64,000 bases of DNA from Octopus vulgaris (Eukaryota): assembly GCA_951406725.2 (NCBI GenBank), contig OX597815.1, forward strand, positions 68,262,001 to 68,326,000, written 5' to 3'. The position numbers were made by a program, and so were the translations under genes. Positions 12,001 through 26,123 of this stretch are shown piece by piece. Positions within the stretch are counted from its first letter, which is position 1. Every line of letters begins with the position of its first letter. The notes beneath the pieces were generated by a model that was not told the origin of the DNA, did not search any database, and saw nothing but the letters and a program-made list of their open reading frames with translations.

Positions 12001-15000
12001 ATATATATGGGGGAAAAGTCTAGGTAGAAAATGCTAAAATAATTTTACAAAAAAACATTTCAGTACCGGTTTCCATCAGTGAGACTTTTTCAACTGTAAG
12101 CATGGAAAACAATTAAATTTTGGAAAAATTAAAAGAAAAGTTTTTTTAAAAGAATATTTGCATAGTATTAAAATACAAGGGGCATTTTCCTTGTTTCTAC
12201 CTGTCTCTGTCTCTCTTGTTTTTCTCTTGTGGGTTCGAGGTGGTTGTGAATTCTTGGCAGAGAAGAAGAAAAAGAAGGAAGAGAAGAATAATGCTGAAGT
12301 GCCATGATAGTAGTAGGATGTTAAATGGTCAAGTGCCCTGAAAGTGACTTGTTGTGGATGGGAGAGGTGATTGAATTTTTGAGGCATCTCTTTTGAATGT
12401 ATTGTTTATAATAATTGCATAGGTATTATTCTAAACAGCAATAGTAGTAAGGTAAGGAAGGAGATGGCAGAGAGGACGAAGAAGAAGGAGAGAATAAGGA
12501 GAAGAGAGAATAATATGGGAATGCGGCTGGTATAATAGTAATGGTCAGGTGACCTAAAAGTGACTCGTAGATTATAACAGTGATTGAGACTGTTTTTTAA
12601 TGAATTCTTGGGTATCTCTTGAATGTATTATTTTTAATACTTGCGTGTGTGTTATTCTAAGGCCGTGGTGGATATGTTGTTTGTTGTAGATGTGTTCAAA
12701 GGGGGGTCTGTATTTTGTAATAAAGAGAGTCTCTACTAATTCGTTGGCTACAGGTTGTATCATCCCTGAATTGGTAGAGGGGAAAATTCTGAAGCTTAAA
12801 TTTTTGTTATTGGTGCAAATGTCGATGTGTTGGCTGAATGCTATTTTTCTGTTTTTGGGAATTTTAATCTAAGATCTGTGCAGAGCCATCCTTTGATGTA
12901 GACTATTTTTGTTTGGCCTCTGTATTGCTCTTGACATCCAGAGCAGGTTAGTGCATATATCAGCTTCTCTGAAGCACTATGAAGCTGCTTTTCATTGTGA
13001 AACGTCCCTGTTTGAAGGAGAACTCTGATCCCTCAATTAAATTGATGCATATTCCACAGTTGGGTCTTCTGCATTTTTTTACTGATGGCTTCTGTGTTGT
13101 TGTTGAGCGTATCTGGGCTTGTTAGGAGACTTTTCATAGGTTTGGGTTGTCTCTTGCTTTTTATGATGGTGTGTGTTTGGAGGATTAAGTTCATTCTGTG
13201 GTCCTTTTTTAGCAGGGGAATGTTTCGAAGGATGGTGTCAAAGGCTTCATTGTTAAGAGGGTTGTGTGTGGAGATGTATGGTAGGGCTTTTGGTTGTAAA
13301 TCCTTTAATTTGGGATGTTGAGTTGTAGGGCACGTTGAAAGCATATGTCAATTAGTGAAGGTGGGTAGTTCCTGGTGATGAGCTAATCCTTTAGTTCATG
13401 TAATCGTTTGTCTCTGGTGCTTGCATTAGAAACTATAGTACATATCCTTTTTGCTAGGTTAAAGGGATATTCATTCTGGTGTGTCTGGGGTATCATGAGT
13501 TGAATGGTACATATTGCTTGGAGTCCGTGGGCTTATAGTATATATCTGTTTCTATTACGTTGTTAGATTTCTTAATGAGGATGTTGAGGAAGGAAAGTTG
13601 TTGATGGCTATATTCCATCTTGAATTGAATGTTTACGTCAAGTCCATTTATAAGTGCTTGGAATTCTTTAAGTCTCTATACTTTTATGCCAAAGAATGAA
13701 ACAGTCATCCAGATATCTCTTTCAGTTATCTTCGATGTAGAGGGAGAATGGGCTGCCATATTTTTCTAGAACCTTACAATAAAGACTAAGTTCTAGATAT
13801 CCCATGACCTGGTTAGCAAAGGAGGGGGCCATTCTCATACCCATCGCAGTCCCCGATTTTTGTCGATAGAAGTTGTCTTTGAAGACGAAGTAGTTATTCT
13901 CCAAGATGAATTTTAGCCCTTCTATCACAAATTCTTTTTTGATGTGGGAGTTCGTTGGCATAATTCTCTAGCCAGAATTGAATTGCCTCTATTCCTAGGT
14001 TGTGGGGGATATTGGAATAGAGGTTGACTACATTGAAGGATACTAGTAGGGTGTTTATATTATTTCAGGAAGGTGATTGAGCATATCCAGGTCATCCCTT
14101 ATGTAGCTTTTGACATGCTTGAGGAATGGTTTTAAGAGAGTATCTAAAATGTTACTGAAGCAGTGGGTTTTGCATGCGGGACCTGCTATTATAGGTCTCA
14201 ATTTGAGGTCATTAGGAGTAGGGACTTTGATTATTATGTCTGTAGCTATTCTGCATGCATTGCTTATTTTCTCACTTTTGTGTATCTTGGGAATACCATA
14301 GAATTTACTGGTTTTACTTTTGAAATTGGTCATATAGTCATATTCTTAGTCGATGAGCCCTTCTCTGTATAGGTTTAACATGGATTTTAGGTTATTTTCT
14401 GCTGACTGTAGTGTTGGGCTTTTTCATAATATGTTGTGTCTTCCAATATGAATAGTACTAGAGTTATATAGTATACCGTGTCCATTAAGACAACTGCACT
14501 CTCTTTATCAGCCTCTTTGATTGTTATTGTTTTGTCATCTTTTAATTTGTTCATCTCAGCCCATTCCTTTTTGCTGAAGTTTGGTTTGTGTTTTTGTTTG
14601 TGCATATGTTGATATGGGTAATTCGAGCTGTGTTCACGGGGGTGTAATTACTTCTATTTCAGACCGATTCATTCTCATATTTGTCATATAGCTCCTCAGT
14701 GAGTCGTAATTTTCTACAGAATTCTGTGATGTCTTCTTTCATTTCATTGTAGTTGGGGCATTGTGGGGTGGGTGTAAACTTGATCCCTTTGGAGAGTATA
14801 TTGATTTGGTTTGCTGTTAGTTCTTTGTGAGTTTGATTGATAATTTTTATCACTTTGGTTCCTCCTGTCTGTTTGGTGCTATCTTGTGTCTCTGTATTTG
14901 CATATTGGGTCTAAAAGATGATTGCTGTGGTTGGGATGGTAGCTATTACGTAGTTGTTCCTTATTGTTGTGGGATGCTGCGTTGTGATTTATGGTGTGGG

Positions 15001-16454
15001 TTCTTGGAATGGTTTTGAAAAGTGTGCCCTGACACCCCATGTTCAGATGTGGTGTTTTAGGGGACCATCATTGGTAATTATTGTGTGTATTATGGGTTTG
15101 TTGTGCATGGTTGTTTAGTAGATTGTTGGAACAAAAATTTTGTTGGTAACTCCTTATGGTGGTGGTGGGTGGTTTGCAATGTCTATCCTGCAGGTAGTGA
15201 TTTTTCCTTCCTCTGTTTGAAGTTGGGGTACTCCCGATATTGTATCACTGGTGGCTTACAAAGTAAGGTTTAGGTCCTGTATTTTTTTTTGGTAGGGGGG
15301 ATAGTTCCGATTTTTAGACAGGTGTGAATCAGAGTTTGAGTGTTGCTTTGATTTTCTTATTTTCAGGAAAGGGTTGTTGGAAGTGTGTTATGTTTGAAAG
15401 ATGGTTTCGTAGTTTGAGAACCAAGAGGCACCTTTCTCCCAGCGTTGGAGGGATTTCAGTTCTTCTTTATCACAATCCTCTCTCCATAGTTTGGAGATCT
15501 TCTCTTGATTGGGGCCTTGGGTCATTTTGCTAATTTCTTGGTTGATCTCTTCATCAATGGATTTTACTTTATCTTCATTCGTCTGGGTCCCCAATTTTAG
15601 AAGTTCTATTTCCATTTTCACTTTTTCCAGTGCCATTCTTTCCCTGAGACGTCTTTGTGTTTCAGGTTCATCTGTAATGGCTTTGATCTGGAGTTTACGT
15701 GGGAGAATTAATGGTGTCCGATAGAGCCATTTTTCATATACATCCGCTTTGTTGCTCTTCCAAAAGGCGAACTTTCTATCTCTAAGTGATTTGTTCCATT
15801 GTGGTACTATATGGTGTTTCATTTAGTGTGTTGTGAGAGTATTGATCCCATATGCTGTCCTTGTGTTCGCGCTGTTAGGGAAAACTGTTCTAATTGTTTT
15901 GCATAAGTTTCCAAGGTTTTCGACGATTTCAGAGTTTGTATTTTTTGCATCAATTTCCTCATTGTTCTCTCGATTGGGTTCATGTATTGAGTCAAATTTG
16001 TTCAAAACGTTAACAGATTTGTGTTGATTTTCTTGAGTTCTTTCAGTATTTCTTCATTATTTCAGTATTTCTTGACCATTTAATATCATACTACTATCAT
16101 ACCACCCGCATTCCCATATTATTCTCTCTTCTCTTTCTCCTTCTTCGTCTTCTTCCTCTCTGCCACCTCGTTCCTTACTTTACTACTATTGCTGTTTAGA
16201 ATAACACCTATGCAATTATTATAAATAATACATTCAAAAGAGATGTCTCAAGAATTCAATCACTACTACCATCCACAACAAGTCACTTTCAAGGCACTTG
16301 AACATTTAACACCCTACTACTATCATGGCACTTCGGCATTATTATTCTTCTCCTTCTTCTCTGCCAGAATTCACAACCCACAAGAGAGACAGAGACAGGC
16401 AGGAACAAGGAAAATGCCCTTGTATTTGAATACTTTGCAAATATTCTTTTAAAA
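12001..16454 (-). mobile_element. Penelope-like retroelement (Neptune-like) with inverted pseudo-LTRs, decayed
   Basis: Minus-strand motifs IIN..ILSKGIKFTPTP, FYGIPKIHK, LRPIIAGP, YRQKSGTAMG..MAPSFAN, RYLDDC (13718-13701), Zn linker CRRPNCGIC, GIY-YIG LIYALTCSGCQEQYRGQT (~12965-12912). ~12144-12547 is the reverse complement of ~16073-16454. Confidence 0.9.
12058..12099 (-). ncRNA. Candidate minimal type I hammerhead ribozyme (U3-A8 core variant) in the PLE 3' pLTR
   Basis: Minus strand ttaCAG-UUGAAAA-agucucacugaug-GAAA-CCGG-UA-CUGaaa: stem I cag/cug, palindromic ACCGGU stem III. Stem II is imperfect. Confidence 0.55.
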
Positions 16455-16461
16455 TACTTCT

Positions 16462-17465
16462 TTAATTTTTCCAGATAAGATGTTCAATTTCATTAGAATG
16501 TTCCTCATGCCCTTCAATAACAACTTTAGCTGTGTGAATTGGTGCATTATCATCCTGAAAGATTGATTTTCCTTCCGAAAATAATTCCACAGCCATAGGA
16601 TGAATTTGATCAGATAAAATGCTTAAATAGTCTTTTCTATTAATTCTGATGTGAAGGGAAACCATTGGGCCAGCGGATTTCCAATATATAGCCCCCCCCC
16701 CCCCAATCATCACAGATCCTTCTCCATATTTAACAGTTGGAAGAAGGCAGTCTGGGTCAAATGCTTCTTTTGGCTGTCTCCACATGTATACTCAGCCAGT
16801 GGTTGAAAATAAGGTAAAGGATGACGTGTCCGAGAAAATAACATTCTTCCACTGCTCTAAGGACCAATTCTGTAGGTTTTTACTCCACTCTAAACGCTTC
16901 ACAATGTTTATTTTTGAAAGTAGTGGTTTTCTGATTGCAGCCCTCCTGTGAAATCCGACTTTGACCAGCTCCCGCTAACAGTTTTTGTAGAAAGTGGGTT
17001 CTTGAGGTGGTCATAAAACTCTGCAGTAATTTTGGGAGCTGTATTTTTATGATCCTTTCTAACAATTCGCGTAAGAGTCCGATGGTCCTTAGCTGAAAGT
17101 TTTGGTTTTCTTCCGGAGTTTTGTTTCAACAAGGAGGTTTTCCCTCTTTCTCAAAGGCTGTCATTACTTTCAAGACAGTATTTCTTGATACACCAAACAC
17201 TTCAGCTCTTTTCATCATACTAGTGCCTGCCATACGAGCACAATCAATTTGACTTCTTTGAAAGTCGGATAGATCTGTCATTTTGATGAATTTTAATTAC
17301 TATTTTCTACTGATATCTGAAAAGAAACTGCAATTTTAGCAAAACATATTAAGCAACACTAATAATAGATATAAAAAAATAACAAAAATAAACAAGCTTT
17401 TGATAATTTTATAGATATTTCAAAACTGTGATGCTAGGTGTTTCCATTATTTTGTCCAACCCCTG
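16462..17465 (-). mobile_element. Tc1-family DNA transposon, 3'-truncated
   Basis: TA|CAGGGGTTGGACAAAATAATGGAAA TIR at 17465. ATG at 17281 gives MTDLSDFQRSQI; also SGRKPKLS, LLPTVKYGEGSVMI and FQDDNAPIHTAK. It breaks off at EHLIW, before the SPDLNPIE motif, against the PLE pLTR. Confidence 0.88.
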
Positions 17466-20400
17466 TATATACCTATGTATATGTGTGTGTATATATATAT
17501 ATCCACTCCGGTTTGATTTAGTGGAACTTCCAGAGTGTTACAGTAAAGGAAAGAAAAGGATGCATCAGCACCCAGATGGTACTCATAGTTCAGTAGACTG
17601 AAGCAATGTGAAATGAAGTGCCCTGCTCAAAGATACATCATACATGCTGGTCTAGTAATGTTATGATCAAGAGCCAACTACTCTAACCACTAGAAGAAAT
17701 GCTTTTATTTGTGCTTATACATCGATTTATTGGCTTTATACATGGGTAGCTGAAAGTTAAATTTTGTCCTCTTCTCTTTGCAAAGAAAACATACTCATTC
17801 CTATACTAACCAAAGAAGCTTCTTAAAGAAGGCATTAAATTGGTTGACAGTTTTTCTAGTTTGTTTTACTAAACAAATAAACAAAAAGATTTACAGTGTG
17901 CATGTATACAATTTTTATATGATATACTATGCCCAACATTTGCCAACATGGACATAATTATGTTTGATAAGATACTGTCCTTCTGGACCACACAGTAAGC
18001 TATGTTGCAACAACTTCACTCACTTCATAGCTACATCCTTTTCCGTACAACTTAACTTTTGATCTTTCTTATACATCATTTGATATAATCAAAATCTATG
18101 GATTTTTCTGAGGTGGATGAGTATAAAATAAACGTAGACTATCCATTTTTCCTTTCCATAACTTTTGTTTTACATTTTCCCTTTTTTATGAGTTTTAAAA
18201 AAATAATTCACATTCAGCTTTATTACCTCATTATGCATTAGAACTCTTTATCTTAATGTTTCTGGTATATGTAGCATTAGATATTGATTTTATTTTTGGC
18301 CTGGCACACAGCCAGTTTTTGGTTAGGGATAGAAAATGTGGATTACCTCAGTATAAATACTGCTGTTTACTTTATAAACTTTAGAGGATCGATCAACAAA
18401 AACACTCCAGTGGTATTTGAACTTTTAATCGGAAAGGACAAGACTAAATAACCTAAGATATTTAGTATATTAAAAGACACACACATGCACAAAATCACCT
18501 TGTTTAATTACTCAGTGATGCCATCTACATGGAAGCAATAGTTTCAACATTGAATACACTGAGCATTAAAATTTAAAAAATCTAATTAAAAATACTTACG
18601 GGCTGAGGAATAGACAGCATTTGCTGAATGTCTATTTTATTACTTTGGTAATTATGGCTGTTAAATCTGGACTTGTTTCTGTATTGTTAAACCACCTCAG
18701 CAAAGCATAGACTTCATCAGTGATTAGTCATGAAGTAGGTGTACATTATTGTACGTGTGTATTCATGAAAAATTAGAATTTAAAAAATAGTCACTAAGGT
18801 TAATTACTTAGAGGTGTGCTCTGCATTAAAAAAAAAACAAAATAAAAAAACAATAATGCTTACCAAATTGATTAGCATATGATTAATCACTGAGCTACTG
18901 TTGTCTACTGCATGATTATTTCTAATGAGACTTTTGATGCTCACTGTATTAACACTGACAGAATGCTACTTTTTTGCCAACTTGCTACTCCACCCTTTTG
19001 GTTGCAAAGTATTAGATGTTTTACAGAACTATTCTATAACAGCTTTCTACACACACACACATACACACACTTCCTTTCTCTCTGATAATCACTTATACAC
19101 TTTAGACAGGTGCAAGGCCTTTTTAAGAATCAATTGACATAACTTGCCTCCAACTGTAAACTAAATTTTGCATGCCATCTAGTCTCTCTATTGCTTGTAT
19201 CAGATTATTTGATCTTGTTGTGTGTGTCTGGGTGAGATAGTGGGAAACCTGCTGCTAGGTTGTGAATTTACTGCAGTCTTTTATGTGTATTATGTTTCTA
19301 GGATGACACTATATTCTACATGCTGTTCATTCACCTTGCTGTCAGAAAATAGCTTCAAGAATTTTCTGACCAAGTTAACACTATCATTCAGAATTACATA
19401 CTGGTCTTATGGAACCACCAAGATTCATGATGTGATTAACATAAGAGTATTTAACTTACACAAAATGCTTTCATGAAAGATAACACTGATGCTTCTTAAT
19501 ATTTTCAAATGATATTTGAAAACAAAAAACTGATAGAAGAAAATCACTTGTAAACAGAAAATGTCTACACTATATTAAAAAGAAAACAAACAGACAAAAC
19601 CATCATATATAAATTCAATGTAGAAAATATGTTATCAGAAAGTATACATATATTTAAAAGAGTAAGAAGCTAGTTCAAATGTGAAAGTATGAAGAGGTGA
19701 GAGTGGTATGTCTTCAATGCTAGCGATGTTATCTATGTTACAGTTACTTGTATGTTAATGCTATTTTTTATGTCAGTATAGTTTTACATCTATCAATATA
19801 TCAACACCAAAATTGTGAATATAAGCATTAGTTTCATTGAAGATTACTTTCTTTTGCATTTTACTTCTTGCTTATAATTGTTTAAAAGCATTTGATATCA
19901 GAAGTGTAAACTATCTATCTGCCTCTTGATTCCCATTCAATTCTCATATCCATTCATGACCAATTTCAGATGTTTTCTTTTTACGTTAAGTTGCTAGTTA
20001 AATGGGCAACAGTATTCTGTGCTTCTTTTACAGATAAACTTATTTTGACTCAACTGAATAGAATATTCTGCTTTTGTTGTTGAAGTTGGTTAACCCTGAT
20101 AAGACCTGTTTGAGCATGAAAAGAATCAATCAGATACTTATATGGAATGGTGCATAGATTGAGCACATTGTATCTAACAATGCTGTTATCACATTATGAG
20201 GGCATATTTCTCACCTTGCAATAGAATAATGCAATATGCTATACAACAGAGATGTGTTGTATACCACTTGATATCCAACATATATGCTCACTAGTTTTGA
20301 TGGCCACCACTACAGAAATGTACAAAACAAATAAAACTGGTATAGGATAGTTTTAGTTTTTGAGGCGATGTAACATGAAGTTTCTTTTACCAGTATATTA

Positions 20401-20747
20401 AAGATCATTGCCTAATTGTTTCATATAAAATGAGCAACCATACAAATTACAACAAAATTTTAAAATTTTGTACAATTACATCAAACTTTATTGTGTGTGT
20501 GTTTACTTGTACCCTTGTTTTGACATCACTATCATAAAATTGTTGTTTTCTAGTCCTCTATGGAAAACCTGTCTGGCCAAGGAGAAATATTACCTTATTT
20601 GGAAGCAGTGAAATTTGGTGAACCAAGTTCCTAAATTTACATTTACCTTAACTGTAAACTTGTTTAAGGTTTCAAATGATCAATAACATGATCCATTTTC
20701 CATGTTCCAAACTTTTACTGTGAATACATCACTTCTCATGGAGTACA

Positions 20748-20802
<55 letters not shown>

Positions 20803-23800
20803 AAGTAAATTATTAATTCTAATTTTTCTGCTTTTCTATTTTATTGATGCTAAGAATAAGATCTGAACACTTAGCCACATCTCTAAATCGAATATTAAAG
20901 TAATTCAATCATCTATATCACTAAATCTAAGCTGTATTAGTTTTGATTCTGCATTATAAAGTTGATAATTAGGTTGATGGGAGTCAATTAGGATAGTCAA
21001 CAATCTCATATCACAAATATGATCTTGATTTGGGTAAATTACTCTTAATTTATTTCTACTTTATGTTTTCTACACTTTGATTAAATTTGTACCTAGCAAT
21101 AACATTCACAAAATCCACAATCACTTCTCCGCTTTCTTTCTTTCTTTGTTTTTGTCTATGACTATCAATAATCTCTTACTCCTACCTTCATTGACTAATG
21201 TATTATTGGTCATCCCCCACCTCTTATTTACCATTCACAATTACAGTATTTACAGTTGTTGCCTTCTCCATCCTTTCACCCATTCTCCATTTCTAACTTA
21301 CCCATACACTCTTGTAATCTCCATCCATCTACACTTCTACTTCCTCTCTTCTCACTTCACATCTCGAGGGCCTACCCAGACACCTCATCACCATTTTTTT
21401 TTTTAATTTCTTTCCAGCCTCCACTTCCAATCTGAGTAGTTGTGCTGTTTCTCTACAGCAAGAAACCTGTTCTGCTCATACTTGAATCCTTCTTATCCTA
21501 GCATAAAAGCACCCAGTGCATACTGTTAATTAGTTAGCATTAGGAAAGGGATTTGGCTAAAGAAACCATGCAAAAGCAGACACTGGAAGATAACGCAGTT
21601 TTTGTACCTATCGGATTTTGTCAAACTGTCTAACTTATGCCAGCATGGAACATGGATGTTAGATGATGATAAACATTAAATATTATATTTCTAAATGTAC
21701 ACTTCTCTTCACATAGATTCTCAATCTACTATGGGCATTTATTTTAAACTCTAGCAGCATAAAAACCAACGCCTCATCCACCACCAGCGCCCATTCCGAG
21801 GAGATAGAGAATTATATAAATTCCAGATTCCTTCAAAATGTGGTGTACTAACTTTGCAAATAAACAAGTAATCTTTATTTTCAAAATAAATTAATAAAAA
21901 GTGATGCCCCAGCATGGCTGCAGTCTAATGACTGAAACAAGTAAAAAATAAATTAATTTACTCTAGCCTAATTTACCAATCATATTTATTAAGAGCTACA
22001 GTCTGTTCTAATTAGTGGGTCTGAAATTTGTGTTTGGAACACTGGTAATGTAGCTACTGCCAGTAGTGTCCTTACAGGACTAGAAAGCCATTTAAAATTG
22101 TAAGGCTTCACAGCTTATAGAGTCACTGGAATGCTTTGATTAGCTCTCACATTGCCCTTTCTCTTTCAGAACTTCATCTCTTTTCTGTTGAATCTATATG
22201 CCATCCATCCACCCTTTTCCATAGGGTCCTATCAGAAGCAACTGTCATTACATTTTCATACAAGATTCCCAAGCATGACCAACTGAGACTATGGATATTA
22301 TCCAACCATCTCATTTTTGGTCTACTTCTAGGTCTCTTGGCAGTTGGCTTGGCTTGAAGAATCTGTCTTGCGATTTTTTTCCTTTAACATTCTAATCACA
22401 TCTCAATAGTACTGGAACTATGAGCTCTCAATGCAGAGAAATAGCAGTTCAACCTGGAGAGACTCCTTGATCTCTGAGCAACACACTCTGTTGAATAATG
22501 TTACTCTAGAGATTCTTCAGAGGGACCATATATTCTGCTACTTGGATTCACAATTGTATTCTTTTGGTCTTTACTCTTTGAGACCATAGATAGATAGCCA
22601 CAGAAACTGAAATGAAGATTGCAAGTTTGGCTTTTTTGTCAACCTTTCGACTATATACCATTTCTGTGATATTTCCATGTTGGCTGTGTATGTTCTGTTT
22701 GATTGAAGACAATATATTTGTTTCTAGCTAAACATGGGAAGGTAAGATCAATCCCATGTTTGCTTTTGAATCACTACTTACTAATTTGAGATATTACCAC
22801 ATTTATTCTCCTCTTAATATCCTCTTCCAGGTAGCCACTAACTCTACACGATCTTGAATCTATAGCATAAACCTCTACTATTTATTACCCATTAAACTTC
22901 ACACTACCACATGTTAACCTCATCAACTGATAAATGTTTACTTTTATCAGTTACAACCCTTGCCATGTACTACCAAAAGAAAATTGTTAATTATATCAAG
23001 GAACTTTCACATTGCACAATGCTACATGTCTTACAGGCAGCTTCGATGAATCTCTTTACGTTTAGCAAGATTTAGTGCCTCTTGTGACAGCCTTGGATTT
23101 TAAGAAATACCTTGGCATCTTATCACTACCATCATTATTTTCTTCCCAGCTACTCCCAGCCTTATATAATGTGAGGTAGTCATGTACCTCTTCTATAGCA
23201 AAACACCCGTGCTTGTCCTTTCATACTTTAGCCTCTCAACATTTGGCATAAAACCACCTCCCCCTTAGTTGTAGAGAGGTCTTCCATTCTTTTTCTGTCT
23301 TGGAAGTTGCTTGGCAATCTCCCTAGTGTTGGTGGCATGACAGATTAAATGTAATGCTTTACTTTGTAACACAGATAGGAGAAAGAGAGATAATGGAGAG
23401 CTGCATTGATAGGGGAGAGTTAGTAATAGATGAGAGCAACAAAGAAGTAGGGAGTAATATATGAAGATTTAATATATAAACATAACTGTTGGAAAAGATT
23501 CAAATGTGGATATACATCTCAATGTTCATCACAACATTTTATGCCCATCTTTCCATGAGAGCATGACTGGGTAATCACAGTGCTTTTGCCACAAGTCAGT
23601 CTTGGCAGGAGAGGATGGTACTGCTCAAAGTGTAGACTCAGGCCTACACTAAGCACATTACCATTCACTCTTGGCATTTCTGCAATTTTCACCCACCATT
23701 GAATAAATTCACTTGAGGGCAGCACCTCCCACTCCACCCTCACTTTCTTTATCATGTGAATCTTGAAAAAGTTGATGAGGACTCTACCAAAGAGGAATAT

Positions 23801-26123
23801 CTGTCCTCATGCCTTTCAACTTTGTCTGCCAGACAAACTCTTTAGCCTCTGCCACCAGGCAAAGGGAAACTGCTTTACCTGTCCAATTAAAGGAGGGTGG
23901 TGGTGGTGGTGGGGCAATCATCACTTTGGACTTAGCCAATAGACAGATTCATCCCACATGCAACAATTGCTTTTGTGTTTTTTTTTATTTGCTTGTGGTT
24001 GTAAAAGTGTTTGTAAAAGTTGTTTTCTTGCTATAAGGTGTTGACGTTTTTGATGTTTGATTTTATGATGATTTTATATAGTACCTCATGTCTTACAGCT
24101 TTAAATTAGTGCTGGCCTCTATTTCATTGAGTCTTCTCTTCTTTATTAACAAAGACCTTTTGGTGTGATTTCAATGGACCTACATTTAATGAGGCCTTTG
24201 TTTTTGTGAGGCCTGTCAGAGGAAAGAGGCAGATGTGTGCTAGTTTTAGTGTTCTCAGTGTTTGAGGAAGGAATTTTCCCTGTGGAGTTGGTAGCAATAG
24301 TGGAAAGCATTGTGCTTTCTCCACCACTGGGCAAATGGCTTTGAGGTGTTTAATATTTCCACAAATGCAACATTTGGGTTTTCTTCACTCTATAAAGACT
24401 GGCATCAGTTCACATTCCCAGAAACAGAGAAAATCAGGAATGTGATTGATTTCTTCTGAAGAAACCAGTGTCTGGAATTTCATGAGAATTCCAGTCCTGT
24501 TCAGTTATGGTGTGTGCTTCTCCACAATATCCTCACGCTACTCTTGAATAGCTAAGATTCTTGCCAGATCTTGATGAACTGGTATGTTGTTGACTCAAAT
24601 TCTAGTCAGCCATATAATGGGGAATCATTATAAAAGCTTGGGACATGCAAATAATTGTTGCCATTCTTTTGGCTTTTTGCTTGCTGATGCATATAACAGC
24701 TACTGTCCTGTATTGTTTTCCTTTATATATGTGTAGCCATGCATCTCAGAGACATTTTTCTGTTTCTGCTGGAGTAGGAAATTTAAGAAATACAATTATT
24801 ATACACAATAGTTTTTTGTTCAGTTTTTTTATCTCCTCACTAACCAATATAACACCTGGTTTTACAGTATCATTTTTGTACTGAATGCGTGGTCCACTGG
24901 CTGACTGCCCTCCAAGAAGATAGTTATTGTGGGTTTTTTTATGTTATTGTTTTCCAGTTTTTATTGTTATTACTACTGTTGCCATTGATAATAATAATGG
25001 CAATAATCTTTGTGATGTGAAAAGTTAAATGTAATAAAGGAGTTTATTAAAAACTGATTTATTCATCTGGATCTTTTCACTTTGACCAGTAGATTTTAAA
25101 AATAATTTCTTTGTAACTAAACACTTTTAAACTTTGTATATTAGTAGAATGTGTCACATAAAACATCTTTTTCTCTTGACGTTCTTGAGAAAATTCTGTA
25201 GTTTGTAAGTTATTTCTCGTATTTCGGCAATTTCAACCAATCAATGACGTCTATTGAGGTGAATACAATTACTGCTGTTGTTTGTCAACACGTTCAACAA
25301 GAACTTCTGGCGGTGTATATTTCGTTTAAGAAACAAATTGAAATGCAATAAAATAGATTGATACACAGACCTGAGATTATCTATGTTCTTTATATATTAA
25401 ATATGTAGTTTATTAGTTTTATAACAGCAACAAGAAAAAAAGTATTAGAAAAAGTTGAAAGAAAAACGCACACAAAACTAGATTATCATTTTTTTTTGTA
25501 CCCCTCCATCACTGTAGGGTTATAATTATGGGTGGACACCAAATGAGGGAATGGTTTTGTTATCCAGTTCTGTTTACGAGTGACCCCTCAGTTTATGGCC
25601 ACAAAATGTTTATATTTGCAGCATCTTTCACATCATTATATAATATAAATTTATAGATATGTATAATATAAATAATAGATTTGTATGTAATACATGTATG
25701 TATGTGTATATATATACATAATATCATACAGTGTAGTTATTGTATGTATAGATAAATAACTTGATGTATATAAATTCAATTTATATTATGTTGGATGCAT
25801 GAAATGTTATATGTAATACTGTTTCATTCATTTATTAATTATCGCTTCTCATCATTAATACCCTTTATTCATTAAGTTATATATTAAAATGTATTTATAC
25901 ATCACTATATGCTTACAAATTTCAACACCCAAACCTTGTCTCCTTTTCCTTGTTTCTTTCTTGTAAACACAAGACACCCACCCACCCACCCACCAAAATC
26001 TGGGTTACACACTAAGTACATATTTAATTTGGTATATACACCCTTAATGTTAAATATATAATTTGCTAATGTCCTCTATATCATAATCGTTTTAATCAGT
26101 TTAGCCCTCATAATGTATGTTTA

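Noticed and set aside
12060-12079. Alternative hammerhead register CUGAUGG...GAAA
   Set aside because: Core deviates at A9, and stems I/II do not close properly; the UUGAAAA...GAAACCGGUA register fits better.
23250-24650. Possible old LINE (ORF1/endonuclease) relic on the minus strand
   Set aside because: Higher GC and Ser/Thr-rich ORF pieces, but no diagnostic motif I could identify with confidence.
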